Source: Syntrophomonadaceae bacterium
Lineage (GTDB): Bacteria; Bacillota; Dethiobacteria; DTU022
Direction: 5' to 3'
DNA length: 64,000 bases
Assembly (NCBI GenBank): GCA_007119965.1
Contig: SKOR01000039.1
Coordinates: 3,157-67,156, forward strand
A program made the position numbers and the translations under genes. The notes under the pieces were generated by a model. The model was given only the letters and a program-made list of their open reading frames with translations, did not search any database and was not told the origin of the DNA. Below, one piece after another: positions 27,117 to 36,622 of the stretch; positions within the stretch are counted from its first letter, which is position 1; every line of letters begins with the position of its first letter.

Positions 27117-28160
27117 ATGGCTGGCCTTTTTAATTTAATTCAGGATAGCGCTTACCGGTCCATTGCCATTGTCGGGATGACCAAAAATGTGGGCAAAACT
27201 GTAACCTTTAATTATCTTGTGGGGCAGTTTGAAAAAAAGGGGCAGACATTAGGCCTGGTTTCTGCGGGCTACGACGGGGAGCGCTTTGACAGACTCACCC
27301 TGAAGGATAAACCGCGTATATACGCCCCGCAGGGCGCCCGGGCAGCTACCGCCAGGGCTTGCTTTGAAGCTGCTGAAGCAGAACTGGAATTAATTGAAGA
27401 GACTGAGTTGTCGACCCCGCTGGGGCCGGTATGCCTGGCCCTTGTAAAAGGAAGCGGCTTGATCGAATTGGCGGGCCCCGGCAGCGCCACCGGGTTAAAA
27501 AAATTGGTTAACAGAATGGCCGCTCTCGGAGCGGAGTATAACCTTGTCGACGGTGCTATCAACAGAATCGCTTCAGCCTCGCCGCAGGTAACCGGAGCAA
27601 CCGTCCTGGCAACGGGGGCATCACTGGGCCCGACAATGGAAGATGTTGTCCGGAAAACCGCCTACCGCTGTACCCTGATGGAAACTCCGCCGGTTGAAGA
27701 AGGCGCGCTTTTAAAAGCGGCACGTGATAGCCTGGCGAGAGGCAATGCAGCTCTTATCCGCAGGGCAGAAAATGGTTATCTGGCTGAACCGGTTAAGGCG
27801 GGCATTCCCCTGCTTGCCGGGAAGCAGGTAATCGAAAAATACTGCAAAGATACAGCGGCCATGGTTATCGGCGGCGCCCTGGTCGATGAAGCAGTAGCAG
27901 ATATAACGGCCCTTGGGCTCGTTCCGCCGCCTGTGATCGTGGAAGATGCAACAAGGATTTTTATCACCCCCGGGATTTATAACCGCTATATCAGCCGGGG
28001 AGGAGAAATTCTGGTTTTGAATAAGCTTAACCTGGCAGCAGTTACTTTGAACCCGACCGACCCGGGTGGGCGGGGCTATGATCCGCTAATGTTTTTAGAA
28101 CGAATGACCGAAGCTTTAAGCCCCTGTCCTGTTTTTGACCTGGTTTATCAAGCCGGGTAA
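27117..28160 (+). CDS. uncharacterised protein with an N-terminal DTBS/CobQ-like (SIMIBI) nucleotide-binding loop
   Basis: IAIVGMTKNVGKT resembles the G-x5-GK[ST] loop of the CobQ/dethiobiotin-synthase class (compare GTASSVGKS in cbiP here). ATG 27117 lies 8 nt after GGAG 27105-27108. The stop is 5 nt before kamD. Confidence 0.6.
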   Translation: MAGLFNLIQDSAYRSIAIVGMTKNVGKTVTFNYLVGQFEKKGQTLGLVSAGYDGERFDRLTLKDKPRIYAPQGARAATARACFEAAEAELELIEETELSTPLGPVCLALVKGSGLIELAGPGSATGLKKLVNRMAALGAEYNLVDGAINRIASASPQVTGATVLATGASLGPTMEDVVRKTAYRCTLMETPPVEEGALLKAARDSLARGNAALIRRAENGYLAEPVKAGIPLLAGKQVIEKYCKDTAAMVIGGALVDEAVADITALGLVPPPVIVEDATRIFITPGIYNRYISRGGEILVLNKLNLAAVTLNPTDPGGRGYDPLMFLERMTEALSPCPVFDLVYQAG

Positions 28161-28165
28161 TTTTA

Positions 28166-29764
28166 TTGGAGAGGATTGTGAACGCCGTGAACAATAAACT
28201 GGATCTAGATCAGGCAAAAGTCAGCCTGGCCAGGGATACTGCCGGAAAAATTGCCGACCAACTGCATTCCTGGATCGGCGACTATACCACAACAACCACT
28301 GAACGCGCTGCAGCAAGGCTGCTCGGTATTGACGGTGTTGACAAAGGGGACGTTCCCCTGGCCAATGTGATAGTCGATAAGCTGCTTGAAGCCGGCATCC
28401 TGGATCGGGGCATGGTACCATGGCTGGCCGGCGCTGTCGCCTCGCGCGGAGAATCGCCGCAGGATATCGCTGAAGGGTTGGCCGACGGCCGGTTCGAAGT
28501 ATCTTCAGTTCCCGAACTGCCGGCTGAAAAATGGCGGGGAATTGCCGATACCCTGGCGGAGGAAGCAGCTTCAAAAATTAGGGCAACCAGGGCAAACAGG
28601 GAAGAGATTAAAAAGAATGCAGCCCCGCCTGACAAGCCCCTTCTTTATGTAATTGTAGCTACCGGGAATGTCTACGAAGATGCTGTTCAGGCTAAAGCGG
28701 CAGGGCTGCAGGGGGCTGATATAGTGGCTGTGATCAGGCATACCGGGCAGAGCCTGCTCGATTATGTTCCTTACGGGCCGACTTCAGAAGGTTTCGGCGG
28801 GACTTATGCCACCCAGGAGAATTTCCGGATAGTGCGCAGGGCTCTTGATGAGGCGGGAGAGGAAACCGGCCGCTATATCCAGCTGGTTAACTACGCTTCA
28901 GGGCTTTGCATGCCTGAAATATCAGTCATGGGTGCAATTGAAAGACTAGACATGATGCTGAATGATGCCATGTACGGTATCCTGTTCCGCGACATTAACA
29001 TGAAGCGGACTTTTATCGATCAGCATTTTTCGCGGATGATCAATGCTTATGCGGGTATAATCATCAATACGGGTGAAGATAACTACCTGACCACGGCTGA
29101 TGCTTTTGAACAGGGGCATACCGTTTTGGCTTCGCAGTTCATTAATGAGCAGCTGGGCCTGCGCTCCGGCCTGCGGGAAGAACAAATGGGGCTGGGTCAT
29201 GCTTTTGAAATCGATCCTTCAAGAGAAGACGGCTTGCTGATGGAGATTGCGCAGGCCCAGTTATGCCGTGAACTTTTCCCCCGTTCGCCGCTTAAATATA
29301 TGCCCCCGACCAAGCATGTGACCGGGGATATATTTAAAACCTACCTGGTTAACGGTATGTTCAACCTGGTGTCCCTTATGACAGGACAGGAGATACAGCT
29401 TCTGGGTATGCTTACCGAGGCCATTCACACTCCGTTTATCAGCGACCGTTATCTCAGTATCGCCAATGCGCAGTATATCTTTAATAATGCCCGCAATCTT
29501 GGTGATGAAATGTTTTTTAAAGACGGCGGCCGGATTAAGTCCAGGGCCGAAAAACTGCTTGACGATGCCTGCGTGCTGCTGCAGGAGATAGAAAAAATCG
29601 GTTTAGAGGCAGCTATGGAGAATGGCTTCTTTGCCGATATCAAGCGCAGTGCAGAGGGCGGCAAAGGTAGCGGCGGGGTCATTAAAAAACACGAACATTA
29701 TTACAACCCGTTTATTGACCTGTTCATGAATAATTCAGCAGCGGAAGGGGAGGGGCATTCCTGA
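28166..29764 (+). CDS. kamD: lysine 5,6-aminomutase alpha subunit (D-lysine / L-beta-lysine)
   Basis: Long stretches match KamD as I recall it from Clostridium sticklandii: PLLYVIVATGNVYED, GQSLLDYVPYGPTSEGFGGTYATQENFR, SGLCMPEI, IINTGEDNYLTTADAFE, LLGMLTEAIHTPF. The start is uncertain (TTG 28166 or GTG 28187). Confidence 0.92.
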   Translation: MERIVNAVNNKLDLDQAKVSLARDTAGKIADQLHSWIGDYTTTTTERAAARLLGIDGVDKGDVPLANVIVDKLLEAGILDRGMVPWLAGAVASRGESPQDIAEGLADGRFEVSSVPELPAEKWRGIADTLAEEAASKIRATRANREEIKKNAAPPDKPLLYVIVATGNVYEDAVQAKAAGLQGADIVAVIRHTGQSLLDYVPYGPTSEGFGGTYATQENFRIVRRALDEAGEETGRYIQLVNYASGLCMPEISVMGAIERLDMMLNDAMYGILFRDINMKRTFIDQHFSRMINAYAGIIINTGEDNYLTTADAFEQGHTVLASQFINEQLGLRSGLREEQMGLGHAFEIDPSREDGLLMEIAQAQLCRELFPRSPLKYMPPTKHVTGDIFKTYLVNGMFNLVSLMTGQEIQLLGMLTEAIHTPFISDRYLSIANAQYIFNNARNLGDEMFFKDGGRIKSRAEKLLDDACVLLQEIEKIGLEAAMENGFFADIKRSAEGGKGSGGVIKKHEHYYNPFIDLFMNNSAAEGEGHS

Positions 29765-29765
29765 T

Positions 29766-30521
29766 ATGGAAATCAACCTGAGTAAGCTTAAAGCATATGG
29801 TGATACTTTGAATGACGGAGCAGTGCAGGTCAGCTTTACCCTCCCTGTTCCGGCCGGTGATGAAGCTAAAGAAGCAGCCCGTCAACTTGCCTTGAAGATG
29901 GGCATGGAAGCTCCTGCAATATCAGAAATGGCCGATTTAGGGGCGGGCTTTTCATTTTTTGTGCTTTACGGAAAGTGTACACATACTGTTGATTATTCAG
30001 CAATTAAGATTCCCAAGCGGCAGCAGGAAATAATGAGCTTTGGTGAAGTTAATGAGCTGATCAGTAAAGAATTGGGACGCAAAATGGTTGTGGTCGCCGC
30101 CTGCACGGGCAGCGATGCGCACACCGTGGGCATAGATGCAATAATTAACATGAAAGGCTACATGGGTGAATACGGGTTGGAGCGCTATCCTGAAATTGAG
30201 GCCTATAACCTCGGCAGCCAGGTACCCAATGCCGAACTGCTGGCTAAAGCCGTCGAGCTGGGCGCCGATGCCGTGCTGGTGTCACAGGTGGTGACCCAGA
30301 AGAACATCCACCTGGAAAATTTAACCGAGCTGGTGGAACTGGCCGAAGCGGAAGGCCTGCGTGATAAAGTTCTCCTGATTTGCGGCGGCCCGCGGATATC
30401 GCACGAACTGGCTATCGAGCTTGGGTACGATGCCGGTTTCGGGACTGGGACCCTGCCCAACCATGTGGCCTCTTACATTGCCGCCGAATTGATAAGGCGG
30501 AAAAAAACAGAAAATCAATAA
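29766..30521 (+). CDS. kamE: lysine 5,6-aminomutase beta subunit (B12-binding)
   Basis: B12-binding Rossmann domain with a DxHxxG motif (SDAHTVGID). It starts 2 nt after kamD. Confidence 0.9.
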   Translation: MEINLSKLKAYGDTLNDGAVQVSFTLPVPAGDEAKEAARQLALKMGMEAPAISEMADLGAGFSFFVLYGKCTHTVDYSAIKIPKRQQEIMSFGEVNELISKELGRKMVVVAACTGSDAHTVGIDAIINMKGYMGEYGLERYPEIEAYNLGSQVPNAELLAKAVELGADAVLVSQVVTQKNIHLENLTELVELAEAEGLRDKVLLICGGPRISHELAIELGYDAGFGTGTLPNHVASYIAAELIRRKKTENQ

Positions 30522-30522
30522 A

Positions 30523-30560
30523 AGCAGCAGGGCAGACAAACCGGTCTGCCCTGCTGCTTT
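30523..30560 (+). terminator. intrinsic terminator after kamE
   Basis: AGCAGCAGGGCAGAC (30523-30537) pairs with GTCTGCCCTGCTGCT (30544-30558), a perfect 15-bp stem followed by TTT. Confidence 0.8.
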
Positions 30561-30636
30561 ACCGGGAGGTGGTTGAAAGGAAATAGGAAGTCAGGTTACC
30601 GAAAGGCAAGTAAATATAATTACAGGAGGTTTTAAG

Positions 30637-32085
30637 ATGTCTGCTGAAGTTAAAACAGAACAGGACAAAAGGCCAAGTTTTGGCGGTGCCTTATTTGTGA
30701 TATTGTTTCTTTGTGTGGCTCTGTTTGTCCAGGTATTTGTCATTGACGAGGCGTGGGTTACTCATATCACCCTAATTTTGGCCAGTGTAGTAGCAATTAT
30801 TGTGGCTACCAGGTCCGGGTACACCTACAAGGAGTGCCAGGACGCAATTTTATACGGCTGCAGTATAGCAATGCTGCCGATGTTAATTCTGATGATGATC
30901 GGTGTTCTGATCGGCTCATGGATTCCGGCCGGTGTTATTCCCTCCCTGATTTATTACGGGATGCTGATTCTTACCCCGACCATTTTCCTGGCCACAGTCT
31001 GTCTTGTCTGTGCGGTTGCCTCAGTGGTTACAGGGAGCTCATGGACTACAGGCGCTACTTTCGGTGTTGCTTTCATGGGTATTGGAATGGGTCTGGGTAT
31101 CCCTGCAGCCATGACCGCCGGTGCAGTAATATCAGGAGCAATTTTCGGAGATAAGATGTCGCCCCTGTCTGACTCGACGAACCTGGGTGCAGCAGTCGGT
31201 GAAGCCGACTTGTTTGATCATATTAAGAGCATGATGTATACAACTATTCCAGCCCTGGTAATTGCCCTGATCATTTATGCTGTTATGGGCTTCCAGTTCG
31301 CCGGCGGGGTAATTGACGCAGAGCAGATTGGAATAGTTCTTAACGGGTTAACTGAGAATTTCTCGATCAGCCTGCTTAACTTTATACCGCCCATCATCGT
31401 GGTAATCCTGGCTGTCAAGCGCGTTCCCGGCCTGGCCGTGATGATTATTGCTTCCCTGATCGGGGCGGCATTTGCCATGATATTCCAGGGTTTCAGCCTG
31501 GCTGAAATGTTGAATTTCATGAACTACGGTTATGTATCTGCAACAGGCGTGGAAGCGCTTGACGAACTATTGAGCCGTGGCGGTCTGCAGAGTATGATGT
31601 GGACTATTTCCCTCGGCTTTATCGCCCTCTCTTTTGGCGGCATTTTAGAAAAAACCCAGATGCTGCATGTCCTGCTCGATAAGATGACCGCCCTTGTCAG
31701 CAGCGTTGGCGGTTTGGTTACCACCCATGTCCTTTCCGGTATTGCGGTTAACCTGTTCTCGGCCAGCCAGTACATGGCGATTATTATTCCGGGCCGGATG
31801 TACCGCCCGGCTTATAAAAAGCTCGGGCTGCTTCCGCAGGTGCTCTCCAGGACCTCTGAAGATTCGGGAACCGTCTTTTCACCGCTGGTACCCTGGGGTC
31901 TTTGCGGCGTATTCTTCTACGGCTGCCTCGGCGTGCCGACAATAGAATACATTCCCTACACCTTCCTTTCCTTCCTGGTGCCTATTATTGCCGTTATTTA
32001 CTCATGGGTCGGTTTTGCCATGTTTAAAGAAGGCGATATCAAGAGCGTCAGTCAGTACAGGGAAGATGATAAACCTGCAGTATAA
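30637..32085 (+). CDS. nhaC: NhaC-family Na+/H+ antiporter-like transporter
   Basis: A 482-aa protein with ~12 TM segments and a DKMSPLSDSTNL motif typical of the NhaC family. Confidence 0.75.
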   Translation: MSAEVKTEQDKRPSFGGALFVILFLCVALFVQVFVIDEAWVTHITLILASVVAIIVATRSGYTYKECQDAILYGCSIAMLPMLILMMIGVLIGSWIPAGVIPSLIYYGMLILTPTIFLATVCLVCAVASVVTGSSWTTGATFGVAFMGIGMGLGIPAAMTAGAVISGAIFGDKMSPLSDSTNLGAAVGEADLFDHIKSMMYTTIPALVIALIIYAVMGFQFAGGVIDAEQIGIVLNGLTENFSISLLNFIPPIIVVILAVKRVPGLAVMIIASLIGAAFAMIFQGFSLAEMLNFMNYGYVSATGVEALDELLSRGGLQSMMWTISLGFIALSFGGILEKTQMLHVLLDKMTALVSSVGGLVTTHVLSGIAVNLFSASQYMAIIIPGRMYRPAYKKLGLLPQVLSRTSEDSGTVFSPLVPWGLCGVFFYGCLGVPTIEYIPYTFLSFLVPIIAVIYSWVGFAMFKEGDIKSVSQYREDDKPAV

Positions 32086-32108
32086 AACACTGCTTATCTG
32101 ATGATCTG

Positions 32109-32138
32109 ACGGGAGAGGTTAACCTCTCCCGTTTCTTT
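32109..32138 (+). terminator. intrinsic terminator after nhaC
   Basis: ACGGGAGAGG-TTAA-CCTCTCCCGT followed by TTCTTT. Confidence 0.75.
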
Positions 32139-32214
32139 AAATTGAGGCAGCCTGCCTCTTTACTGCTTAATACGCAGAACGGTAAAGGGATGGATTTTAC
32201 AAGGAGGGCTAGAT

Positions 32215-33444
32215 ATGCCTGTAGACCGTAAATTATTTGAAAAAGCATCAAGCCTGATTAAACGGGAAGATATGGTTAAGCTTTTAAAAGAGCTGGTCAG
32301 TATAAAGAGTCCTTTCTTTGAGGAAGCTGAAATCATCGATTACCTGCGCGGCCGTCTTTCCTACTATAACAGGCTGGAAACAAAAATTCACCGCTATGAA
32401 GAAAAGGAGATTACCGGCTTTAAAGGCGAAAACCTGGTTGTCCGCCTGAATGGCACGGGAGGCGGCCCGCGGATGTTAATTAACGGGCATGTTGATACCG
32501 TCCCTCTCTGTGACGGCTGGACTGTTGATCCATATGAAGGCGTTGAGAAGGACGGTCGCCTGTATGGCCTGGGAGCGCTTGATATGAAGGCGGGGGTTGC
32601 GGCCTCCGTTTTTCTGCTGGAAGCGCTTGTTGAAGCAGGCCTGGAGTTGAAAGGCGACATTGTTTTTACCGCAGTCAGTGATGAAGAGGGGCCTTTTGGC
32701 CTGGGCACACACTATACTATTATGGACGGTATAACAGACGGCTGCGATTTCGCTATTATCCCCGAACCTTCTGGCCCCTTTGCACCGGGCAGCGAAAAGT
32801 TTCCCTGTGTGGCTCTGGGCAGTAGGGGTACCGCTGTTTATCATGTAAAAGTTAAGGGTAAATCAGCTCACGGCGCCACCCCTGAAAAAGGGATTAATGC
32901 CGTAGAAGATGCTGCCCGGATCATAAATGCCGTGACAGATAACCTCGACTTAGGTGATCACCCTTTGCTGGGTAAAGGAACAATGTGCATTACCAACCTG
33001 CGCGGAGGAGAAAAATATCTGCTCGTTCCCGAAGAGGCCAGTTTTACGATCTACCGTCATACCGTGGAAGGAAGTGCAGATCAGGCTCTTCTGGAAGTCA
33101 AAGAAATCATCGGCAGCCTCAACCTGGAAAGTAAAGTGGAGATCAAGCTGCGCGACCTGCCTCACCCGGAGGCTTATTTCCTGCCCTGGACTATAGAGGA
33201 AGATACCCCGCTGGTGCAATCCCTTAAGCAGGGCAGTCGGGAAATACTCGGTAAAGAAATGCAGACAACGTACTTCCGCTCTGAGTCGGATGCCAACCAT
33301 ATTGCTCCGCGCTTAAAGATTCCCACAGTGTTGTTTGGCCCCGACGGCGCTAATTTTCATGCCGCTGATGAATACGTGGAAATTGACACCATGGTTGACA
33401 CTGCCCGGCTTATGCTTTACACGGCAATGGACCTGCTTTCCTGA
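32215..33444 (+). CDS. M20-family metallopeptidase/deacylase (ArgE/DapE-like)
   Basis: LINGHVDTVP, GALDMKAG and SDEEG metal-ligand motifs. Confidence 0.85.
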   Translation: MPVDRKLFEKASSLIKREDMVKLLKELVSIKSPFFEEAEIIDYLRGRLSYYNRLETKIHRYEEKEITGFKGENLVVRLNGTGGGPRMLINGHVDTVPLCDGWTVDPYEGVEKDGRLYGLGALDMKAGVAASVFLLEALVEAGLELKGDIVFTAVSDEEGPFGLGTHYTIMDGITDGCDFAIIPEPSGPFAPGSEKFPCVALGSRGTAVYHVKVKGKSAHGATPEKGINAVEDAARIINAVTDNLDLGDHPLLGKGTMCITNLRGGEKYLLVPEEASFTIYRHTVEGSADQALLEVKEIIGSLNLESKVEIKLRDLPHPEAYFLPWTIEEDTPLVQSLKQGSREILGKEMQTTYFRSESDANHIAPRLKIPTVLFGPDGANFHAADEYVEIDTMVDTARLMLYTAMDLLS

Positions 33445-33637
33445 AATTAACAAGCTAAAATCCGGCTATCCGGGGGGGCCGTCCGGTCAGTTTTTACTGT
33501 GTTTGGCGGTATTTATCCCTTCGTAATCCTTGATGTGATATAGCAGCTTGCTTTATAATATAGGTAGAAGAATTTAATATTTAAATCCAGGCTTAGCTGC
33601 AAAATATCAATATAGTTTTTAAGGAGGGATCAATGTT

Positions 33638-33841
33638 ATGATGAAAAGAAAAAGCCTGATCACATTTCTCGTGATTATGGTTGTATTCCTCTTTATCTTC
33701 ACCGGTTGCGGTGAACCCGGAGAACCTGATTCTCATATCGGTCCCGATGAAGAAGAGGAAACAGAAGAAGAAACTGCACCTCAAGGCAGTGGCGGCTTTA
33801 CTGCTTACCAGGTGAAAACTTTTCAGCCTGGAATCAGCTGA
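33638..33841 (+). CDS. possible small acidic lipoprotein
   Basis: Signal peptide plus lipobox (LFIFTGC). GGAGG 33623-33627 lies 10 nt upstream, and a plausible promoter is TTGATG-18-TATAAT around 33528-33563. I recognise no family. Confidence 0.4.
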   Translation: MMKRKSLITFLVIMVVFLFIFTGCGEPGEPDSHIGPDEEEETEEETAPQGSGGFTAYQVKTFQPGIS

Positions 33842-34023
33842 ACCGGCTGCTAAAAAATCAGGGAAAATGAGTGTTTGGACGGTCCCTTTTGTTTTCGGTA
33901 AAGCGGTTCAGTTTATGCCGGCATTTGACGTGTGGCGGAGCAGACGCGAAAATAATAATATAATCTTGCCCGGCTGTTAACCTGCTTCAGGCAGACCGGG
34001 CAATATTTTTTGTGAGGCTGAAG

Positions 34024-34974
34024 ATGAACGAACAAACTGCCGGTAAAAAAACTATATTAGCAGATTTATCACTTTTCTTTGTTGCCATATTCTGGGGTTC
34101 AAACTTTGTAATCATGAAAGAAGCCCTGGAAATTATAGAGCCTTTTACTTACCTGGGCCTGCGTTTTACCCTGGCTGCCCTGCTTTTGGCGCCATTTTTC
34201 TGGAAGAGGCTGGCCGGGGCCGGTTTAAGTGATTACCTGGCCGGGGGCCTGATTGGGTTGTTTCTCTTCGGCGGCTTTGCACTGCAGACAGTCGGCCTGC
34301 TCTACACCACCCCGGCCAAGTCGGGCTTTATTACCGGAACAGCCGTTGTTATCGTTCCGTTTATGTATTATTTTGTTACCAGGCGTTCACCGGGCTGGTG
34401 GGCCTACCTGGGTGGTATCATGGCCGCAGCAGGGCTTTATATGCTTTCTGCTGACGAGGTAACCGGGTTTAACTTTGGAGACGGCCTGACCTTGCTCTGC
34501 GCCTTTCTTTTTGCAGCCCACCTGATAGCCATTGCTGTTTATGTCCGGCGCTGTGATCCGATTGTCCTGGCCGTAACCCAGATTGCTTTTACCGGCCTGG
34601 CCAGCTTTCTGGTAGCTTTTATTTTTGAACCGACTGCCGTTATGCTTGATCAGCCGGTGCTGATCTGGGGCGCTATTGTCTATGCCGTAGTATTTTGCAC
34701 TATCGGTGCATTTGTTACCCAAACCATAGCTCAGCGTTATACCCCGCCGACCCATGCTGTCCTGATTCTCTCCCTTGAAGCAGTTTTTGCCGGGCTTTTT
34801 TCATACCTGTTCTGGAACGAGCTTTTTACTGCCCGCAAGTTAAGCGGGGTTGTTCTGATTTTTGCCGGGATCCTGTTAGCCGAAATGCGCCCGTTTTTAG
34901 CGGCAAAGTTTTCTGAAAAGCGTGTTGTCCTGGTTGGAAAAGAGGTCCCGCCATTTCAAAAAGGTGATCTTTAA
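34024..34974 (+). CDS. EamA/DMT-family transporter
   Basis: Ten TM segments in two EamA repeats. ATG 34024 follows GAGG 34014-34017; the track ORF begins at GTG 34012. Confidence 0.8.
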   Translation: MNEQTAGKKTILADLSLFFVAIFWGSNFVIMKEALEIIEPFTYLGLRFTLAALLLAPFFWKRLAGAGLSDYLAGGLIGLFLFGGFALQTVGLLYTTPAKSGFITGTAVVIVPFMYYFVTRRSPGWWAYLGGIMAAAGLYMLSADEVTGFNFGDGLTLLCAFLFAAHLIAIAVYVRRCDPIVLAVTQIAFTGLASFLVAFIFEPTAVMLDQPVLIWGAIVYAVVFCTIGAFVTQTIAQRYTPPTHAVLILSLEAVFAGLFSYLFWNELFTARKLSGVVLIFAGILLAEMRPFLAAKFSEKRVVLVGKEVPPFQKGDL

Positions 34975-35090
34975 TGAGATTAATCCCGGTACGAGTCGCC
35001 CTGCTTCCGGCTTGCAACGGGCACTTGTCCGGAGCGGTATTAGTTCGTGGAACCTTAATGTTGATCAAGCTTGCCATTGGAGGTTAACTG

Positions 35091-36302
35091 ATGAGCCAGA
35101 CAGAAAAACTGCTTGAAAAGCTTTTCCGCCATGTAAAACAACAAGAACTTGCTGACTTAACCCGCAGGCTTATTTCTATCCCCAGCCATTTCAACCTGCC
35201 CTCTGCAGAAGCAGGAGTGGTAAAAGCCCTGTCGGATTTGTTTGCTGCCGAAGGGATTTCATGCCGGCTGCAGCCTGTGGAGGGGGGATGTTCAAATATA
35301 ATTGCCAGGCTGCCCGGAACGGGCGGTGGGAAAAGCCTGACTTTAAACGGCCATCTTGATACGGTACCCCCTTACGATATGCCGGATCCTTTTGCCGCGG
35401 AAGTAAGCGGCGGAAAAATATATGGACGGGGTGCCGTAGATATGAAAGGACCTATCGCGGCAATGACAATGACGATGATCGCTTTTAAGCGGGCAGGGAT
35501 CAAGCTTAAAGGCGACCTTTTTTTTGCGGGGGTCCTTGCGGAAGAAACCAACAGTGCGGGAAGCGAAACTTTGATCGATTCAGGATTCAGGACAGATGGA
35601 GCCGTTATCGGAGAACCGTCGGGAAAAGAGTATGCAGTCGGCCATCGCGGTTTGGAGTGGCTGGAGGTAGTTATTAACGGCAAAGCCGCCCATGGGGGTA
35701 TTCCTGAACATGGGGTAAATGCCATAGTAAATGCGGCTAAGTTTATCATGAGGGTGCAGGAAAAAGTCGTGCCGCGCCTTAAGTCAATTAGCAACCCGCT
35801 GATGGGCCCGGCGGTAATGAATTTCGGGAGGATTGAAGGGGGGACCCAGCCGAGCACCGTGGCCGATCAATGTATAATACAGCTGGACAGGCGGTATACA
35901 CCTGAAGAGGAATTGGATGCCGTAATTGAAGAGTACGAGTTAATATTGCAGGAGCTGGCAGGGGAGGATCCTGATTTTTCAGGTGCACTGCGCCGGATGG
36001 ATTCGGCACTGATGAAAAAATATGATCATGTGCCCATGGAAACATCACCGCAGGATCCCCTGGTGATCAGCATTAAGGAAGCGCTGGAAAAAGTAATTGG
36101 TTTTCCCCCTGTAATGACAACCAGGCGGGGTTGGACTGATGCGGCAATCTTTAACCATTACGGTAAAATGGCCGCAGTGGTTTACGGTCCGGGTGAAATA
36201 ACTCGCTCGCACACGCCGGGTGAGTATATCACTTTCGGTGAACTGGCGGAAGGATTTAAGGTTTACGCTCTTACCGCAGCGGATTACTGCCAGTTAGATT
36301 AG
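35091..36302 (+). CDS. M20-family metallopeptidase/deacylase (ArgE/DapE-like), second paralogue
   Basis: LNGHLDTVPP, GAVDMKGP and LAEETNS motifs. Confidence 0.85.
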   Translation: MSQTEKLLEKLFRHVKQQELADLTRRLISIPSHFNLPSAEAGVVKALSDLFAAEGISCRLQPVEGGCSNIIARLPGTGGGKSLTLNGHLDTVPPYDMPDPFAAEVSGGKIYGRGAVDMKGPIAAMTMTMIAFKRAGIKLKGDLFFAGVLAEETNSAGSETLIDSGFRTDGAVIGEPSGKEYAVGHRGLEWLEVVINGKAAHGGIPEHGVNAIVNAAKFIMRVQEKVVPRLKSISNPLMGPAVMNFGRIEGGTQPSTVADQCIIQLDRRYTPEEELDAVIEEYELILQELAGEDPDFSGALRRMDSALMKKYDHVPMETSPQDPLVISIKEALEKVIGFPPVMTTRRGWTDAAIFNHYGKMAAVVYGPGEITRSHTPGEYITFGELAEGFKVYALTAADYCQLD

Positions 36303-36622
36303 CTGCCGTGTTTGGATCTGTCCAGCTAAACCGCAGTTCTCCGGCAGCTGTTTTTTCCCCTCAGCGGAGAGGCAGGGGACTGTTTCGCTTACAGCTAAAA
36401 GCAGATCCGGCTTTTTCTGGAGGCGTGAGCAGGTAACTGAATATTTAAAAATAAATTATTTTGCAGGATTACCTGTCTTTGTGGCGAAGTTGTAGTTCTG
36501 CCTTATGACAAAAAATTTCATGCTATGGTAAGAGGCACTATGCGACCACTGCTCACCGTTTTTTGCCAGGGAAAAGGACTATAGGCGGCAGAGATCAGAT
36601 AACTTAATAAAGGTGGAATTCC

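Noticed and set aside
36303-36622. 320-nt AT-rich leader before the first ABC ATPase. It has nested hairpins (CAGGTAA 36430-36436 with TTACCTG 36469-36475; GTGAGCAG 36425-36432 with CTGCTCAC 36549-36556) and a T6 run at 36559-36564.
   Set aside because: The pairings are long-range or imperfect and I recognise no riboswitch class. It may simply contain the M20 gene terminator (GCTGCCG...CGGCAGC plus a T-run, 36302-36355) and a promoter.
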